This document shows, piece after piece, positions 51,501 through 64,000 of a DNA stretch of 64,000 bases. The number at the start of each line of letters is the position of its first letter. Position 1 is the first letter of the stretch. The DNA is taken from NCBI RefSeq assembly GCF_009834535.1, contig NC_045696.1, forward strand, positions 53,198,001-53,262,000. The letters are read 5' to 3'. The DNA comes from Camelus ferus (lineage: Eukaryota). The translations under genes were made by a program, and so were the position numbers. The notes beneath the pieces were generated by a model. That model saw only the letters and a program-made list of their open reading frames with translations, did not search any database and was not told the origin of the DNA.

Positions 51501-54109
51501 AATGTCTTAGCCATAATAAACAAACTTTTTTTGTTGTTTAGTTTTCTCCTCTTCCATGGAAGCAGCACTTTCTAGAATCAGGTAAATTATTTCTAGGGCT
51601 TTATGACATGCTAATGTGTTCCCTTGGATTTCATGAGTCCTTCTGGTGTTATTAAGTGCTGTCATTCATTGTTTGAACACTACTTAGAGTTGCACACTGT
51701 TCCCCCAAAGGTCATTAAAGCACTTAATTTTAGAAAGAGATAAGCAGGACAGAAGACCTTATCTATATATCAAATGTGAGTTCATGTGTGACCTGCTACA
51801 CCAGACAAACTGCTGTCCCTATCAATCCTCCCTCCACCTCACCCTATCCTTGACTAACATGGCTTCCCATTCTCATCCTGGCTTCTAAATTGATTTGCTG
51901 TGTAACCTCTGATCAGTCACCGATAGAAACCTACCCTCATGTTGATGTAAAAAGGAAACTGAGAGAAGTAGAATATTCAAGTAAAATGAATTTGGGGAGA
52001 GATAATCAGCACTCTCGTCTATAAAATAAAAATTATTAACTCCAAAAATTTTGGAAGGTTTGTAATTTCAGTCCCAGATAGAAATTAATGACTGCTCACT
52101 GTCTTGGAGAAATCTATCTCAGAATGTGCAATTACAACTTTATAATTTTGAGTTACATATATGTGTAATGCATTCTCTTTCTGTCTCTGTCTCTCTCTGA
52201 CTCTGTCTGTGTGTGTCTGTCTCTCTCTCCAGATGAGCCTAGATGACCACGACCTACCATGGACATGTAAAATGTGTTTGACCATGGGCTAGAAGAGTAG
52301 CCCCAGATAACAAAGATTCCTTCTAAATTTAAGATCCTCCTCTGGCTCTTCTCTGTCATTTGCTATCAACTCACTTTCTGTTTTCTCATCAAACTTCACC
52401 TCTTCATTGTGAATCATCTCAGAAGAAGTTTTCTGCTTGATCTGCCTCACATTTAGTATATTATTTTCAAAATTTACATTTTCCCTTCTGACTGCCTTTG
52501 AACTTTGCTCTGAGTTTCCATACTTAGTCCATGTATTAGAATTTGAAAGGCATGGAGGTTATATTGGAATATGATTAAAAATAAGTTGCTATTGTACTGT
52601 GTAGTTTGTAGTTCTTTGTTTTTTCAGTATTATCTTGCTGCTCTGTTAACTATGATTAGGCAATGGAAGAATAAAGAAATGTTAGGAGCTATTAAGAACT
52701 GGGGATATAAAGGAAATGATGTTAATAAAATTGATGCTTTTCTATGTATTAAATGTTATCTGACTGAAATCTTGACCATTGTTTTGTTTTTTTAACTTTT
52801 TAAACATTTTTTTCTTATGCTATTTTATGCTTAAAATGTTGACCTACATGAAATAAATATCCTCAGTCCATGTGCTATAATTTCAGTAATTAATTTAAAA
52901 TGTACTTACTGAGCACTTACTGGGTGCTGAACAAATAGGTTTTTCCCATACCTCAAGCTACTTAAAATCATAGCCTATATGAGGTTGGAACTGATGAAGC
53001 AGTAAAGCAAAAGATACTTGCCACTAGAGTTGGTAAAGAAGTTTTTGTTTGTTTGCTTGTTCAATTTTTGTTTTCATCATTTTCCAAGTAAAATATTTTT
53101 GTAGGAAAGGATGAAATGTATTTGCATGCTGTAGTCTTTTTTCTTAGCATTAACAAATTAAATGTGCAAAATTTAGTTAACTCACCAGATACCAACATTT
53201 ATATCTATACCTATATCTATATTTGCACATGAGTGTATCTCTATGATAAACAGGAATAATGGCAGGTTATAGCATCCAAGAAACTGTTGTCCACAGCACA
53301 GGCTTTTCTTTTTGAACTGCTTAAGACATTTTTTGGTTCTTTTATAAACATGATCATGAAGTAATTTTTGTTTCACTTCTTCATAATATAACATCTGAAA
53401 ACCACCTTTGTTTAATCACCTCGGTTATTTTTCTGAAAAAATTCTGTGTGTCTGCAGGTGGGGATGGAGGGAGGGTTTACAAGTTAAAGAAACGTTACTT
53501 ATCTAAGTATTAAACATGAAAACAATAGAAAAAAATCACACAGGTTGTCATTCCACTTTCTATTTTTTTCACCTCTTTTTTTTTTAGGCTTTTAGACTAA
53601 TGCAGAAAAATCATTAAGGCAAAATAACAGTCTTCCCAGACTTTTGAAATGGGATTGTGGGTAAAAGTTCAAAATCTGTTTCTTAAGAGGTTTAAAACAT
53701 CATTGGCAACAATGAGGTAGTAAATTCTTCCCCCTCGCTTTCTCTATATACATGTCTCTTACTTTTACCTGCATTCTTCCAAACCGGGACCTATATACCA
53801 ATTAATTTTATTATCATAACAGAGAAACAGGAGGAAGCCAGTATAAGCTGTAGGATCATTCTTCATTTAACTGAATAAAACCAAACTGGGGAAATGCATA
53901 AAGATGAAATTGTGTGAATTTTAAGTATTTGAACTATTTATAAGCACATGCATAAGGAGATAAGAAAAAAAAAAAAAAACCCTGAAGACTAAAGATTTTA
54001 AGGCCAACCAGACTTAGGGCTGTATTAGAGCTAATTGATCTGATGGATTCAAAAAACTATTCCTTGGAAACGTAAGTAATGGTTATCTCCAGGGAAACAT
54101 TTCTTTATA

Positions 54110-54423
54110 CAGTCAGCCCTCGTATCTCTTGGTTCTACCACGGTTGCAAATTCAACCAACCACAAATCAAAAATATTTGGGAAAAAGTTCCAGAAAGTTC
54201 CAAACAGCAAAAGTTGAATTTGCCACATGCTAGCAATGATTTACATAGCATTACATTGTATTAGGTATTGTAAGTCATCGAGGGCTGATTTAAAGTATAC
54301 AGAGGAATTACATAGGTTAAATGCAAATACTACAACATTTTATATAAGGGACTTTTGCATCTTGGACTTTGGTATTTTAGGGAGAGTCTGGAACCAAACC
54401 CCCATGGAAATGAGGAACAACTG
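54110..54423 (-). mobile_element. MER2 (TcMar-Tigger) DNA transposon
   Basis: TA|CAGTCAGCCCTC...GAGGAACAACTG|TA, terminal inverted repeats with TA TSD; internal TTCAACCAACC and GGAACCAAACCCCC. Confidence 0.88.
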
Positions 54424-57267
54424 TATAGTATATACAAATTTAGTAGATCCTCTCTATTGTTTAGGACTTCTTTTAATCTTGAGAGGAGGTGGTACAAAGA
54501 GTGTTATCTATAACTAGGAAATATCTGGATTAGAAAGTAAATGCATCTACCTGCTTCCTTTATGTTAGGGTTGGATGTACCTCGTAGAGCCCTCAAAAAG
54601 ATACATTTGAGATTTTTTTTTTAAAATATGTTACTTTATGCATGATTACACAACGTAAGAATTTAGGGATTACTTTAAGAGTTAGTTTAGACTGGAAATA
54701 AACATACCTCAAAAGAGAGTTAAGAAGTTTCATGGGTAACAGATAGACAAGGTATTTTTAAAAGAGGGTCTTTGTGGTAGATATTAAGCTTGAAGACTGA
54801 AGTCTGTAAAGAAATCCCATGAGGAACAGAATATGAATTCAAACACTCAGAGCTGACTCAGTGGGGCAATTCTTATTCAGAACATCCTAGACAACCTGCT
54901 GAGAGGCAGCCAGGCCGAGTGTCCAATATTGAATGGGCTGACCAACAAAGACCACCAAGGAGGAACTCTGGAATGAACAGGACTCCAATGCACTCATGCT
55001 TCTCACATTTGCTAATGGTCACGGTTATGGCAGATGCTGTTCACCCACAGGTCAGTACATATGCAACAGAAGACACAGAGTTAGATGAATCAAAAGAAAA
55101 GCCAGTAGTGGCGGGAGGGTTTACAGTTTTTGATTCTTGGTTTGAGCATCAATGAATGTGTAATAGAATGATCATCAAGCAAATTGCAATAGAACACTGT
55201 CCCTGATAAGGAAGATCAAACAATATTAGATCTATAAACATAAATGAACCTTAATACACTAGCGGAAAGTTTTGTATGGTTAACTTGTGCCTAATGTTGT
55301 GAGTCAATACTTGTTGATTCAGATAGTATACTGAACTTTCTAAGGAGGTAGCATCATTCTAGATACAAGAATTTCCAGGGCTACTTTTGTCCCAATAGTT
55401 ATTCAACATTTGCTTTAAACATAGTGATTCATTTGTTCTTCTTGTGTCAGTTTTTATACATCCACAAAAGAATGAAACCACAATCTGTCTACCCCTGTAT
55501 ACATATGTCAGATCTCTAATGGTCACCTCAAACGTCCCAGGATTGATATCCCGGTTGACATGATGAATTCAGCCTCTTCTTATTTTCATCACACAAAAGA
55601 TGTTTATTGCTTAATATAATAAGTTGTCCTATCTTTTGGACACCTAAATGATATTGGCACCATGATGTACAAGATTTCACTTGCTATGTTTAATAATCAC
55701 TGTAGCCCCATTTAATGTTATTTATCTGTATGAGATACTATGCTGACAAAACTGCACATTTAAAAGAGGGGCTGAAAGCAATAATCCTATAAAGTGAAGT
55801 GTATTAAAGATGGAAAGCACTATTACCACAGGTAAAATCCTTTGAGGGCACTGAACGTTTCCCTTATTTATAATTTAGTCCCAGCAGGACAATCCTTCTG
55901 TGTGCTGATTATCAGAGCAATTCTAGCTTTGGGGAGCAAAAAAAGTCACACACACACCCAGAAGCTGAAATAAGCTTTTCCCTTCATGTGATTTAAGAGC
56001 TATTGTCGCTCTGTGGAACTCTGAAAATTATTCCATTTGAAAATAATTCAGCTCCTAGATTATATATTGTCTAGGTTTCCTCTTCCCGCTCTTTACTACT
56101 GAGGATATTTAAATGAAACTATTAGCTGATTTTTTTTTTTACTGCTTATTCTCCACCTGAAGCTATTATCCTCAATTCATGATATCATACTCATCTGCAA
56201 AGCAACCAAACAGGAATATGAATTCAGTGGAGGGAAATAAACAAGATGAATGGAGGGATTTGTAAAACAGAAAGAGCCACGAGGAGAGGGGTCTCTGGGG
56301 AGACATGGGCACACATATAACTCTTTTCACCTCTGAGTTGCTGATTTAATTTTACCTGGGTTCAAAGTTACTAAGAGTTTCTTCTATTGTGACCTAATAG
56401 TGGCCATGATAAAGCAAGAAACCCATTTTCTGTTGAATAAGTATCTACCAAAATTAGCTCCTAGGAAGACAATGTTGCCCACGTTTGATGTGAATCAAGT
56501 TACAAGTCAACACTCAACACCTGGCCTAGCAAATGGCTGTTTCTCAATACATTTGTACTGAATAGATATTTGATAAATACATCTTTATTTAATTAGAATG
56601 TATATCTGTCAAACCGAATGCTTCGTTAATCTTTTTGTGTTAACTATCTGCCTCAAACAAGATGGATGGCTCTTTGGGTCAAGGGTCACCCTCCAGGACA
56701 GCTGAGGAAACCTCTGTTCTGCCAGTGCCCTGGGAAAGTGCATGTGATGCTTCATTCTGCAAGACTGTCAGCCAGTCTTTGCACCTGGTTTTTTCCTTTT
56801 ACTGTAGGAGAGTTTTCATTAAGATTCTTTTTGCTAGTACCTGCCACTTGAATAAAATTCAGACATGAGTCACAAGAATAGATTCATCATTTTTTGGCCT
56901 GTATTTTAAAATGATATTAAATTGTATGTGTCCTTGGGAAAAGAGAGGTATAGAAGAAACCCCGAGAGAGTGGGAGAGCCCTCTGCCTTGCCCTCAAACA
57001 GACACATGTCACCCCTTGGTAAATTACCAGTCACAAGAAGTCCGCCTTCCAGAGAAAGCAGAATTACACAAGAGCACCACCTAAAGCAGAATGGTCTCCT
57101 TCTCACAAAAGACCTGATTTCTAGCCTGGTTTTTCCCAAATGATGGCCTCCCTGAAACTAGCTTTCATGGCTGCCCAGAAAGTATACTTCCCTCCCCAGA
57201 CAAATGTCTCTTCTTTAGTTTAATTACGGTCTCTGACAAAAACCAGGTGTAGAAGTGAAGGAAGCTT

Positions 57268-57465
57268 ATTTTTTTTTAATTGAAGTATAGTTGATTTACA
57301 ATGTTGTGTTAATTTCTAGTATACAGCATAGTGATTCATTTATTTATATATATTCTTTTCTTATTCTTTTTCACTATAGACCATTACAAGGTATTGAATA
57401 TAGTTCCCTGTGCTATACAGTAGGATCTCGTTTATTTATTATACAGTAGTCAGTATCTACAAATT
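57268..57465 (-). mobile_element. L1 3'UTR terminal fragment
   Basis: Poly(T) then AATTGAAGTATAGTTGATTTACAATGTTG...GAATATAGTTCCCTGTGCTATACAGTAGG. Confidence 0.88.
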
Positions 57466-58254
57466 GTGTCCATGTCACGTGAAAAATTCTCTGTGCTGAT
57501 TTTTGCCTGTGCTAGTCTCAAATCTAGGAAAATTATATAAATGTTTCATATTTTTAAAAAGAATTATGGGCTTGCCTAAAGAAAATATATTCTTGGTTAT
57601 TATATTTTATTGCTTGTAATTACTGAAGAAATAAAATTATGTTCAATAATACTGCTACTTGTATATTGCTGACTGCTGAGTATATATTATCTGTATTGAA
57701 TTTTGGAAATCTGTTATACATGAAGCACATGAAGATTTCACCTAAAAATAGTAAGCATTTCTGGAGACACATTTTCCCCAAATTCCACAAGTTAATGATG
57801 ATTGAACTCTGTTGTAAATGAGTTTTGCATATACTTTGATAGATTAGCTGCATTTACCCTTTTTCCAAAATCATCTGTTCTGGTAGATGTCAGGAATACA
57901 TTCCAAACATTTACTGCTATTTAAAACCGGCCCTGGTTAGGAAAAAGATCACTTGAAAATCAGTTTGGGCCAAATATGAAGCCTATAATACAGGTGTTTA
58001 CAGGGGATTTTTTTTTTTTTATATTTAAAGAACTAAAAACACTGGTGGCTTCAATTACTGATAATCTTTACAAACTTTCTGTTTTGGTGCAACTTAAAAC
58101 AAAGCAGAATCTGACAAGAAACATTTATACCATAGAAGACAAAACAAAAGTGATAATGGTATTACATTAACACATGACAACTTTTTAAATTTCACATATT
58201 TCACCTAATTCATATCTGTTCTCCACCATGACAACAGAGTGAAGAAAGAACAGA

Positions 58255-58390
58255 TATTTTTACTTTAGAGATGAAGACATAGAGGCTTTGAGAAGGGAAG
58301 CATCTCAGGGTCACATGATCAACGACTGGTCCCGAAGGGAACTGGCTCCAACTTCCCGAGCCTCAGTTCTCTGCTTTAGTCCCTGTACTA
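58255..58390 (-). mobile_element. MIR SINE
   Basis: ACTTTAGAGATGAAGACATAGAGGCT...CAGGGTCACA. Confidence 0.55.
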
Positions 58391-61179
58391 AACTATAAAG
58401 AGGGGGCATTTTCAGGACTTGGTGACTGGAACTTTCAATTTATATGTGCCGAATTGTTCTCCCTTCCTACAGTAGCTTGGCTGTTGGTCAGGATTCAATA
58501 GACTGAAAAAAAAGACCCCGTATTGGCATCCAGTTCCATGGTGCTGGCCAGGAATTTTTTTAAAATGCTGTGTTACTGGATGATGCTTAGGGGCTGGGGC
58601 TTCTAAACAAACTTGCATAGACTTGGAAATAAACATATTTTGAGAATGTGGTTCACATACCAGAGGAGGCAACTGACAGCCTTTGCTAGGTGACTGGCTC
58701 TTATCCTGTAGCCCCTCTATCTTGCCAAAAGTCTTGTCTCTGTCCCTCATGATTCTGGACTCTGTTTATTCCCTTCTAGCCAGGGGAAGAGATCACTCAG
58801 CACAGATTTAAAGAATGGAATAAGAATGATAGGCTGCCTCTTGTGAAAAGCCCAGGAGGGAATTTTTTTTTCCTGACAAAATATCTTGGCTAATAAGTAA
58901 AATAAATTATTCCATCCTCAAGAAGCTAAAAGACCCTGAACACACAAATGGAAATGAAAGGGAAGGAGAAAGGGAAAGGGAAATGGAGGGAAGGAAAATG
59001 CAGGTGGTGGAATCAATATTAAAGAAAAACCAGCAGTCACAGCTTTGAAATGAAATAGTCCTGAGACTTACGGGATTCCTGAAATGAGGGAAAATGAAAA
59101 GTAGAGGAAGTTAGACTGAAAAGACTTTGAGGAGAATTTTTAAGGAGGTCTGAAGAAGGAAAAAGGATATCAATGATGCATGGAAGTGGAGTAGAGGCAG
59201 GGGAAGACGTCTTGTACCTCCTTTGAAACTCTTACAATCTATTTTTCAAGCTTCACATGAGCTGACATCTTGCTGTTTTCAAAGAAAAGTGTACGTTAGG
59301 AAAGTTGGTGAGACAGTCCATTTCTTTTAGTGTTCATGATAATTACCCACTTTGTAATTCAATGAGAAAGAATGACAGCCATGGTAATTATAAATGTAAA
59401 CAGAAGAGTCATACAATGGCCAGATTCAACATGTCAGTTAGAGTGTGTATTAAATACTGTTTGAAAAACAAGTGCAATAACACTATCTTACAGGACTCTT
59501 GTGAGGACTAAACTTGCATATGAAACTATGCTGTAAAATATAAGATGCCACACAAATAATAAAATGCTATTACTGCTCTTATTTTTAGCATGAATGCAGT
59601 TCCAAGGACCCATGGACCCTCTCTTCATGTAGGATAGATGCTCTGTTAAGTCTGAAGATACTAGCTCCATCTTTTGAGAGGAAGATGATTTCATTTAAAG
59701 CACCACTGTGATTTGGAGCATATTTTTCCCACACCATAGAACTTTGAATTTTCTGTGGCTATTGGGTATCTCCCCACATTGTCTATGTCATATTTTAGTA
59801 CTAATCAATAAACATAGGTTATACTTATGTCTGAAAGGTGTCAATCTGAAAAGAAAAGATACTTTTCCACATTAACAGTCTTATTAATTAATCTTCTGAC
59901 ACTGCCAGTAAGAAGGTTCAGGGTTGTATAGGAAAGGGGTGCTAGTTAAGTGATTATGCATGTGTTGCTGTTGTATTTTCTATAAGGAAATCAAGATGGT
60001 CTTTAAAAGCATCTTCATTCTCTACTAAAAGTGAGGGATAAGTTTGATACATTTCCATGCTCAGGAAGTGGACTAGGCTCATGCTGAGCAGGACTTAATT
60101 GCAATAGTGACAATTTGGTTTGATTTAACTAGGGAAAGAGGATGAGATGTAGAGAGAAAGGGTTAGAGGGGAGAATCAGCCTGTTGCTTCTGGTTTCTCC
60201 CATCCATCCTCAATTTTACAAGAAGGAAAATATCAGGTAATATCGAAAGTATCTCTTGGAGAGTCAGCCTCTGGAAACAAACTACAGTTTGGGGATTTAC
60301 AAGAAACAAAAACAAAATCCCACAATTCTGTTGTTTTAGCCAGTGGTAGAGATAAAGCTCTTCTTAAAAGTTATTTAATTGGTATCAGTCTGTCACTGTA
60401 ACATTCTTTTTCCTCCTAATTGTTCTTTCTTTATTCCTTATGAACTAGGAAGTTATGATATTACTTCCTTAACGGCTTCAGTTTAGCAGGAATGAGGTTT
60501 ACATCTTACCTGTATCATACATAGCTGTGCTATGAAGTCTGTTCCCATGTTCCTTAATCTGTACATATGTCCTTAATCTGTACTTATGTATGCTTCCAGG
60601 CCCTAAAACCTACATCTTCTGGCATGTGGGCAGGTGGGTTTTAACTATGCACTACTCAGACAATATAGAACAACCACAACAACAACAAAAATGTTCTGGA
60701 ATGTAACTAAGCCAAGGATGTTGTGTTAAATACATATATATATGTTATGTATTTGCCAAACAGAAGACTTACTATTAACTCAGGGACTGCAATTATATTT
60801 CTGTGAAGGAAATATGAGAAGCAAACATATCTGGCCCACTTCACAGTTGACACTGAGATCTAAACTGAAGCCAGTACCCTTCTTCCAAGAAAGACAAACC
60901 TCAAGCAAACTCATGGAAATGTTTGGTTTGGACTCCTTGCCAGTTTCCATTTCAAGGCTTCTTAATCTCTCTTCTACTTCCCCTCTTCCAACAAGCTCCT
61001 CATTGCCCTCATCCTGCTTTTGGCTCCCATGGCCTCATTGATATTCTATAATAATTTGCTCTTCCTTGACAACTGGCCATCTCTGGATGCGTCTCCCTGC
61101 TCTCCTCCCACAAGAGTGTAGTAGCAGTGATGGTGGTAGTCTAACAATAGCAGTAGCAGTAGAGTCACAACAATTTACA

Positions 61180-61400
61180 GCTGATGAACACTTTACGCTT
61201 GTATTGCCCTTAAACAATCATTGTTTTACTGAATCAATATGACAAGCTTGTAAGAGGGATATTTCTGACCACATTTTGCAAAAGAGTAAATTAAAATTCA
61301 GAGAAGTTATATCTTGCACTACTGGCAAAAAAATCTTACAGGTGTTGAGCGGGGAAATGGAAGTGGTTCAAGCTTGGGTTTTCTGACTCTAATTCAAAGC
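61180..61400 (-). mobile_element. MIR SINE
   Basis: CACATTTTGCAAAAGAGTAAATTAAAATTCAGAGAAGTTA...TTTTCTGACTC. Confidence 0.5.
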
Positions 61401-64000
61401 AAATGCTCTCTTATGCTGGACTTTCAAAAACCTTATAAGTTATTATTAGAGGTGAAGGTAGAGGAAGACAGTTATTAAAAAGCATAAAGGCCTTCTGAGC
61501 TATTAAATTATGCCACAATGACAAACTGCCTATAAACAAAACCATGCATACTCAGGTTCTCTATTCAGGTAGATTGGGTGAAATAAAATAAATATTTTCC
61601 AAGTATTTGGAAAAATTTAAGCTGATAAAAATTAAAGCATATGCCAGGCTCCTCAAGAAATGAAGCAGTAAGAAGGCCAACTTCCTAGGTGATATTAATA
61701 AAGATACAGCCTGCCACATGTTATACGAGATGTTGAGAATATTACAATGTAAGGTTTGGTGGAGAGAGATATCAAATACCAAATGGATTTCATTTCAGAA
61801 AAAAAAAAAAGTGGTAGGCTAGAAGACTTTTAAACCACTCACCAACATAAATACATACACACACACAAAACATAAAAGGTTTGAAAGCTAAAGCATATGA
61901 AAAGAGAAACTCTTCAGAATAACCTTTGCTATGATCACTGTTCCCCACTGATTGATGGCTCCCCAGTCTTTCCAAGAGAGGTTTCAACAAGACTCTCTGG
62001 GAGCGTTTATGCAGTAAGGGGTGACAGGGGACTTGCATCTGACTTTCATCTGAACATTCAGAGGGGCAAGAGATAGGCTGTAAGTGGAGCCAAGATGAAG
62101 TCATTTATATTATTTGGTCTAGCATTTACAGGAATCTTTGGGTGTTCCTTATGTACTAACATGTAACCCACATGGCAGAAAGCCAGGATGAGGTCCTCTA
62201 GGTTCTTTTCAATAGGGTAACCTGTAGAGGAAGGTAGAATTAAGCAAAAAACAACTGAAGTTATTTAACTTGATTAGTAGGGCTTTAAAAAGAGTCAATT
62301 ATCATTAGAAAGGGAGGATGTGTGGTCAAAAGAGCTGCAGGTGAGTACTTTTCAGAGATGGATAGTGTCTCCCAAGAATCCTCTAAGGTATCCATTAGAG
62401 AGTTAGCTGAAACTTTTTCCAGCATTAGAGAATGCAAAACTGTCTTATGACAGTACCCACAAGGTCAGATATTTCTTGTTTTCCTTACTCTTCTTCCCTC
62501 CCCAAAGCCCAATCCCAGACAAATAAAGAGGTAAAAAAGAAAAAAAAAAAGAATAGAATACTGACTGAATGGGAAAGGAGGAGAAAAGAAGCTGGTACTC
62601 CCTTTTTCCCAACTGAAATAGACCCTATCTTGAGATGAGGGAGAAATGTTTGAAAAAAGATTAAATTGTTGACTAATTAATAGGGATTGACAGTTTATCT
62701 TTAACCAAATCTATGCTTTGTACTTAAAGTTACCTTAGGGCTTTGGATTATCTGAGTGACCAGCAGTCTTGGTCAGGAATAGAGAAAAAAAATATCCCCG
62801 GGAATAAATTTAGAAAAAATACTGGGAATCAAAAAATAAGGTTGGTTTATAATGAAACTCATGAGACTTGCTTTTTCAAAGTCCAGATAAAGGGTGTGAT
62901 GCTCTGAGGAGTCTACCCAACAGGAGACCACATTCCCTCCTTAGTCTTCTCTAGTTTTTCTTTTGCTTCTCATTATGACGGGTCTAACTTAGTCAAAACA
63001 TTTATTTTTATATAGGCTTGTGATTTTATATATGGTGAAAAGGTAAAAAAAAAAATGGGACATTTTTATTATTGGTGTTTTCCAAAAATAAAGATGGAAA
63101 GGGTGATTGGAAGTCTGATTTTAGAGCTCCATCACTGGAAAGGCCAATTTGTTTCATGCCTGAAATTGCTTCTTTATCATCATATTTCCTCTTGTGGAAT
63201 AATTCACTACCTGGTCCCTTAACTCAGATTTCTGTAATTCCCCCTTCCAAAAAAAATGTTCATTTTTATATGTATTGATCCTCCAAAGCTATCAGTTTAA
63301 AGATTCCTCTTTTTTTTTTTTTAAGTAACTTTTTTCCCTAGGAGAGACATATACATACCTTAGGACTCAATAGGACCTAGAAGGCATACAATTTGCTAAC
63401 AATGCATTTGCACGTTTCTGGTTCAACAATTTAATATTAAATTTTATTTTCTCCAAGGCTAGTACATCATGGAACCCATAGACCATTTCTGAGAAATTCA
63501 GCCTATGTTCTTTCTTAGCATCACATGAGATTTTTATAGCATTTCATTCTTGACTCCAGCATAAGGCATTGCTAGGGTGGTACTGAAAAAAGGGTAACTA
63601 CTGAGTTTAATTCCTTGGTGGCTGTCACTCTGCTGTATATGAGACAGCCCATCAGCAGCATCGCTTCTTTCTCATGGACTCCTAATACAAAGAACCCACA
63701 GGATAGTTTCCAAACTATCCCCCTAAAATGATCAACTTTATCTAAAATCCAAATACCTGATGTCTGAAATGATCAAGTCCATCCATAATCCCAAATTATC
63801 TGCTCATTGATGCTATTTGAAGACATGTAATGACATATATTATGAAAATATAATAAATCAGGACAAGTATATATCCCCCAAATTCCTCACCCTGTAGTAA
63901 AGTACCTTTGCTTAGTAAATGGTTGAATGATCTAGCTGCTTTCAAAGAGAGACACCAGAAGGAACAAAGAGAGTAAAGGTTTTGATCTCAAAGTTGAGAC

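Noticed and set aside
60553..60590. Short tandem duplications (also 15838-15862 and 43505-43560) as an array or CRISPR
   Set aside because: Two-copy slippage duplications without spacers in a eukaryotic genome.
1..64000. The many 60-160 aa ORFs in the track as host genes
   Set aside because: Apart from L1 and ERV peptides they resemble no protein I recognise and form no exon chain; their lengths fit chance.

Overview
Mammalian genomic DNA, most likely camelid, judged from two Vic-1-type tRNA-derived SINEs. I recognise no intact protein-coding exon, so this looks like a large intron or gene desert. The main structure is an old, degenerate provirus on the + strand (17666-24605). It has two LTRs, a tRNA-Ser(GCT)-like PBS, gag/pro/pol remnants of class III (ERVL/ERV-S) type and a gamma-type env remnant, and a younger antisense solo LTR sits inside its integrase. 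A 5' half of an L1 (5195-9680, -) hosts three later insertions, each with a target-site duplication (TSD): a 5'-truncated AKIRIN2 retrocopy, a solo LTR with a 6-bp TSD, and a Vic-1 SINE. A 340-bp element joins an L1 5' end directly to an L1 3' end (48224-48563). The rest is L1/L2/L3/MIR/MaLR/MER fragments plus several unique, TAAT-rich stretches that may be enhancers. Repeat family names come from recalled consensus sequences, not a database search, and boundaries of old repeats are approximate.
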